This document shows positions 51,570 to 56,687 of a stretch of 56,687 nucleotides of DNA, piece by piece. Within the stretch, counting starts at the first letter, position 1. Every line of letters begins with the position of its first letter. The position numbers and the translations under genes were made by a program. The stretch covers positions 165,773,699-165,830,385 of the forward strand of contig NC_068982.1 of NCBI RefSeq assembly GCF_001194135.2, in the 5' to 3' direction. Origin of the DNA: Octopus bimaculoides. Its lineage: Eukaryota. Under the pieces are notes generated by a model. The model was not told the origin of the DNA, ran no database searches, and saw only the letters and a list, made by a program, of their open reading frames with translations.

Positions 51570-52160
51570 TGGGTGTCGTGTGTGGAGTTATATGTGCGTT
51601 CCTCTGTGTGTGCGTGCGTGTGTATGTGCGCGTGTATGTGTGCGTGTGCGTGTGCATGTGCCCGTGTATGTGTAAATGTGTGCGTGTATGTATGAATGTC
51701 AGTTGTGTGTATGGAAGGCATGTGTGCATTCATGTGCATGTCTGTGTATGTGTGTGCGTGTGTATATGCGTGTGTGCGTGTGTGTTCGTGTGTATATGTG
51801 TGTGTATGTGTGTGCGTGTGCATATATGTGTGTGCATGTGTGTGTATGCGCGCATGTGTATATGTATGTGTGTACGTGTGTGTGTGCGTATGTGTGTATG
51901 TGTGTATGTGCCCGTGTATCTGTAACTGTGTGCGTGTATGTATGAGTGTCTGTTGCGTGTGTGGGAGGTATGTATGCATTCATGTGTGTGTGTATATGTG
52001 TGTGTGCGTGTGTGTGTGTGTTCGTGTGTATATGTGTGTGTATGTGTGTGCGTGTGTATGTGTATGCGCGCCTGTGTATATGTATGTGTGTATGTGGGAT
52101 TGTGTGTGTGGAGGTATATGTGCGTTCTTGTGCGTGTATGCGCGTACATGTGCTTGTGTG
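51570..52160. repeat. Degenerate RY-dinucleotide array with ~250-bp higher-order duplication
   Basis: TGCCCGTGTAT.TGTAA.TGTGTGCGTGTATGTATGA.TGTC occurs at ~51659 and ~51909. GTGTGTGGAG.TATATGTGCGTTC occurs at ~51579 and ~52104. Confidence 0.8.
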
Positions 52161-54364
52161 TGTGTGTGTGCATCTATACTTTCATATTACCTCCACTCAG
52201 GCATCAAAGTCGTTGCTATCCCCAACAAGCACGGTCCTTCGTTCCCAGTGCACTGATTCCCTCACTGGAATTCTCTCTCTGCTAATTTCATTCATACGGG
52301 TCTCGACTTGCAACAGTTTAAGTTATACCGGTATTGGAGCGTTTGCGAAATTCATGGGCACTGTCCCTACAGTGTGCATCGTTTTACATTTTTAAAGACT
52401 AAAACATGTAGCTCTGAGTTTTAGGAAGGGGTGAAAGACTGGCTGAGGGAGGTTGACAGCAACTTTAGGCTGGTCAAAAACAGAATGAAACTAGCAATGA
52501 AGTACCCTAGCTGATTCTATCGCTATAGTTGCTAAGCGATGAATATATTGTATGGTAATGAGTTTCGAATGTTTTATGATGATATATGACATTGTGTTAA
52601 TAAGTGATTTATTCTAGATATCTTTCAACATAATTATCCGAGTTTTTGAATATCAAATATCAATGTAGATTCGAAATATTTTCATTGTTTTCAAGCAAGC
52701 ACTTTAAAAGAGAATTTGCGACTGTAACAAAATAAGAGAAGATTATAATCAATTACTGTAGGTCTAAGAATAGCAACCCATAGTATTCTATTTACGCCGT
52801 CTTGCTTAGTCTATATTCCCATAAATATCAAAAACTGGGCAATAACAATGTTACATGGTCTGCCAGATTCGATAACGTGTCCATGTAGAAATTGTTTCAT
52901 AGATTATCATCCATTATAATCTAAAATAATCAACCTACCATTATGTATTTTGATAGCATCATATAGCGTAACTATTTGTGTTCATGTTGCTCTAATGTAG
53001 TTTAATGTATATGGGTGATTATACCATTAATATGATGTCATTCTTTTGAAACTTTTAATCCTATGTTGTTATAATAAATCCTCTGGCCTCACTGAAAACT
53101 TGGGGTTTAGATTTTCCCCTGCTATATTTCTAGCAATACTAGCTTGCACAATATGGTGTCAGTTAACAACAGTTTGAACTGATATGGGAGAAACAGAATT
53201 TTTTCTGTCGAGATATTTATACAACATTTGAAGGAAAAGGTGCTAAAACTTCAAAAGGACGTCTGCAGTAAAACCATATAAATAATAACCACATTTTCAT
53301 TTTCAATTTTTTTTGTTTTTCTAATATCATACGTTTCGGTTGCAAATAGGATTATTTTTATTAGATTATAAATTATAGATTATAAATTGATGATTGCAAC
53401 TTAATTTTGTTATTGAAAGATACTAAAAGAATTCTATTGTTGAAAATATTCATCTCAATAATATATTTCTGCGCAAAACGATTTTCAAAGAGAAGCTTTG
53501 CAATGAAAGGAAATGATCAAATAGAATTTCCTTTCACTGAAACACATCCTGAAAGGCTTCTTAAGATTTTGTTAGTTAAAAACCATGATAGAACTTAAAT
53601 TTGAAGATTGATTAAAAACTGTCTATGATGTTGAGAGACGACTGGGAAAATTAGAAAATGAAAGGGTTTTCAAACTGATGAAGAAATGGGCAAACGAGTT
53701 GCGACAAAACACGAGAGAATACACAGGCATTACTATCATCTTTTTATATTAACACCTGAAAAGCAATTCGCCTTTGAAGATTAAAATAACAAAGTGATGG
53801 TTCAAGGGAATTTAACAAAATATTTTTTTAAAAAGTCTGTTTGATGAAAGAAAACACAGAAACTGCATTATTGATTAGAAGGAGAATTCAGAATTACGGC
53901 AATGGTTCAAAAATTGAAAAGACATTGTTAACTGGACAGAATCAGAAAGAGAGCATATTGAGTTGAAAACTTTAGGAATCTAATAAAATTGTTTTCTATA
54001 CTCTCTGTAAAGAGAACTAAGAGCATTAATAACATTGAAGTCGAACATGTTTACATGAGAGTTGATAATCCAGTGTGTTCTTTACAAACCGCCCCCGCCC
54101 CGGGTCTTACCAATTTTTATAGGTCATTATTAGTTTAATTGTTTCAGCCACTGGACTCCAATCGCTTTGGGGCAGCTCCGACCTCAATAGTTTTCTTTCA
54201 TTATATCAACCCTATCACTAAAACTGGTACTTCTGTATTCGATACCTGCCAATTAGCTTACTCAGATTGAGATACGTCTCTGTTGAAAGCTACTTTTCAC
54301 ATTTGTGAACTTAAATGACACAATGAACTTCAAACTGGTATACACAAACATGGAGACACACACA

Positions 54365-54427
<63 letters not shown>

Positions 54428-56599
54428 NNNNNNNNNNNNNNNNNNNNNNNNNNNNNNNNNNNNNNNNNNNNNNNNNNNNNNNNNNNNNNNNNNNNNNNNN
54501 NNNNNNNNNNNNNNNNNNNNNNNNNNNNNNNNNNNNNNNNNNNNNNNNNNNNNNNNNNNNNNNNNNNNNNNNNNNNNNNNNNNNNNNNNNNNNNNNNNNN
54601 NNNNNNNNNNNNNNNNNNNNNNNNNNNNNNNNNNNNNNNNNNNNNNNNNNNNNNNNNNNNNNNNNNNNNNNNNNNNNNNNNNNNNNNNNNNNNNNNNNNN
54701 NNNNNNNNNNNNNNNNNNNNNNNNNNNNNNNNNNNNNNNNNNNNNNNNNNNNNNNNNNNNNNNNNNNNNNNNNNNNNNNNNNNNNNNNNNNNNNNNNNNN
54801 NNNNNNNNNNNNNNNNNNNNNNNNNNNNNNNNNNNNNNNNNNNNNNNNNNNNNNNNNNNNNNNNNNNNNNNNNNNNNNNNNNNNNNNNNNNNNNNNNNNN
54901 NNNNNNNNNNNNNNNNNNNNNNNNNNNNNNNNNNNNNNNNNNNNNNNNNNNNNNNNNNNNNNNNNNNNNNNNNNNNNNNNNNNNNNNNNNNNNNNNNNNN
55001 NNNNNNNNNNNNNNNNNNNNNNNNNNNNNNNNNNNNNNNNNNNNNNNNNNNNNNNNNNNNNNNNNNNNNNNNNNNNNNNNNNNNNNNNNNNNNNNNNNNN
55101 NNNNNNNNNNNNNNNNNNNNNNNNNNNNNNNNNNNNNNNNNNNNNNNNNNNNNNNNNNNNNNNNNNNNNNNNNNNNNNNNNNNNNNNNNNNNNNNNNNNN
55201 NNNNNNNNNNNNNNNNNNNNNNNNNNNNNNNNNNNNNNNNNNNNNNNNNNNGGAGGAGGAGACGATGACGAGGGCGATAGTGATAACAATAACGTAGATA
55301 GCAATAACAATAGCAACACCGGTTTCATTTGCTCAACTAAACTTAAAATATGGCCTGATCATTACACTCTAACAATTCAGTCAATATAAGAAACAGGAAA
55401 TGAAGTAAATATCTCAAGTAATTCTTATTAATTATTTCAAAAACTTTAATTGGAATATTGCATGTATGTATGTTTGTATATACTGTATGTATGTATGTAT
55501 GTATATGTATATAAATATAGATATATAATTTTCGCAAAAATCATTTTGATTTACACTAATATTTCTATTTGCTTCTGATGAATCCTATGTTTAATGGCAA
55601 TAAATTTAAAATATATACTTGTTTGCTGCGCTGATGTTTCCGTGTGGGAGTCTTACAACCAAGTAATGTTTATGTGTTCTAGAAATTATATTAATATTTC
55701 AATTAATAACGTTTAATCAACTTCTCTAAATTACATTCATTAATCTTATCAAATTACTGAAATACTTATACATTAAGTAGCTCTAAGGTAATCAACAATT
55801 AACTGCCGTTGTTTTTGTTGTCGATTGTCATTGTTGTCTCTTTGGATGCAACAATACGAAAGAACTAAAACCAACTGGTTTTAATTGCTTCATCTAATTT
55901 TAATCGTGTGCTATGAAATATTCGAGAACCCTGCTGTTATAAACTAATACACATTTCCAAATTTGGTTTAAAGTGATGCACAATATGTATACAAAATTAT
56001 ACTGATGTTTTCAAAACACTAGCAATCTATTGAACAATCGAACTCTTTGAAAATTTTGGAGAAATTTAAAATTCATTTTACGCGAAGGAAAAATGTTGTT
56101 TAAGTCAACAAACATTTATTCACAATAAATAACTCTTAAATGCCAAGAGATATTTACAATTTTGTTGTATCTATATTATCAAAACATCAATACTATTTTA
56201 GTGAATCTTATACAAATCTGAAGCAGATGTCTGAATAGCAATGAAAGCGCTGTAAACTACGAATATTTAATTAACTGTTTCAAAGTTTTCAATCACATAA
56301 TTAACATTCTCTAGAACTTAATTTATCATATTTTTTCACCTTTTATATGACGTAATTAACTGTACATTTGTAAATCCTGTTGTAAAATATGCTTCTATTC
56401 CACTTAACATAAAAGTTGAGCATCGTTCTGTTGCAAAGATTATCATCATTGTTATCTACGTTGAACCAGCTCTTCGGTGGTGTCGATTGTCCATTTAGAT
56501 TTATTTAACTATCGGGAAGGAGCTATCACAATGATTTACTTTGATTAGTATTTAATTTAATAATAATTCGTTATTTTTCCTGTTTTGTATTACATGAAT

Positions 56600-56616
56600 C
56601 TCTCTTTCTCTCTCTT

Positions 56617-56687
<71 letters not shown>
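56600..56687. repeat. (CT)n microsatellite running off the window end
   Basis: Directly visible. Confidence 0.98.

Noticed and set aside
52200-52320. Minus-strand RRTVLVGDSN resembling an APE GDFN or SGNH GDS motif
   Set aside because: A single short motif followed by a stop, with no other conserved residues.
51494-52395. His/Thr-rich and Cys/Val-rich ORFs that look like metal-binding proteins
   Set aside because: They are open in many frames on both strands, as expected for RY dinucleotide repeats.

Overview
AT-rich, microsatellite-dense eukaryotic scaffold with about a dozen N gaps, mostly bordered by (AT)n or (CA)n. The SINE types and repeat density are consistent with an octopus/cephalopod genome (inference, not proven). 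No complete protein-coding gene, rRNA, true tRNA or CRISPR array can be supported. The window is mostly decayed mobile DNA: R4/Dong-like RLE non-LTR retrotransposons (4 fragments), CR1/L2-like, RTE-like and Penelope-like fragments, a bounded non-autonomous hAT element, three Tc1/mariner relics, MITE-like inverted repeats, Helentron/HINE-like ends and five tRNA-derived SINE copies. Several isolated exon-like segments with good splice signals occur on both strands, but I cannot assemble or name a gene from them. The most notable signals are: (1) insertions sitting inside three different microsatellite types (TAA, TACA, GATA); (2) an hAT with TIRs and a near-perfect 8-bp TSD; (3) (AT)n-anchored fold-back palindromes; (4) a possible protein-kinase relic; (5) a small repeat with a covarying hairpin. 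I see no strong evidence for a wholly new biological system. Most ORFs in the supplied track are microsatellite or N artefacts.
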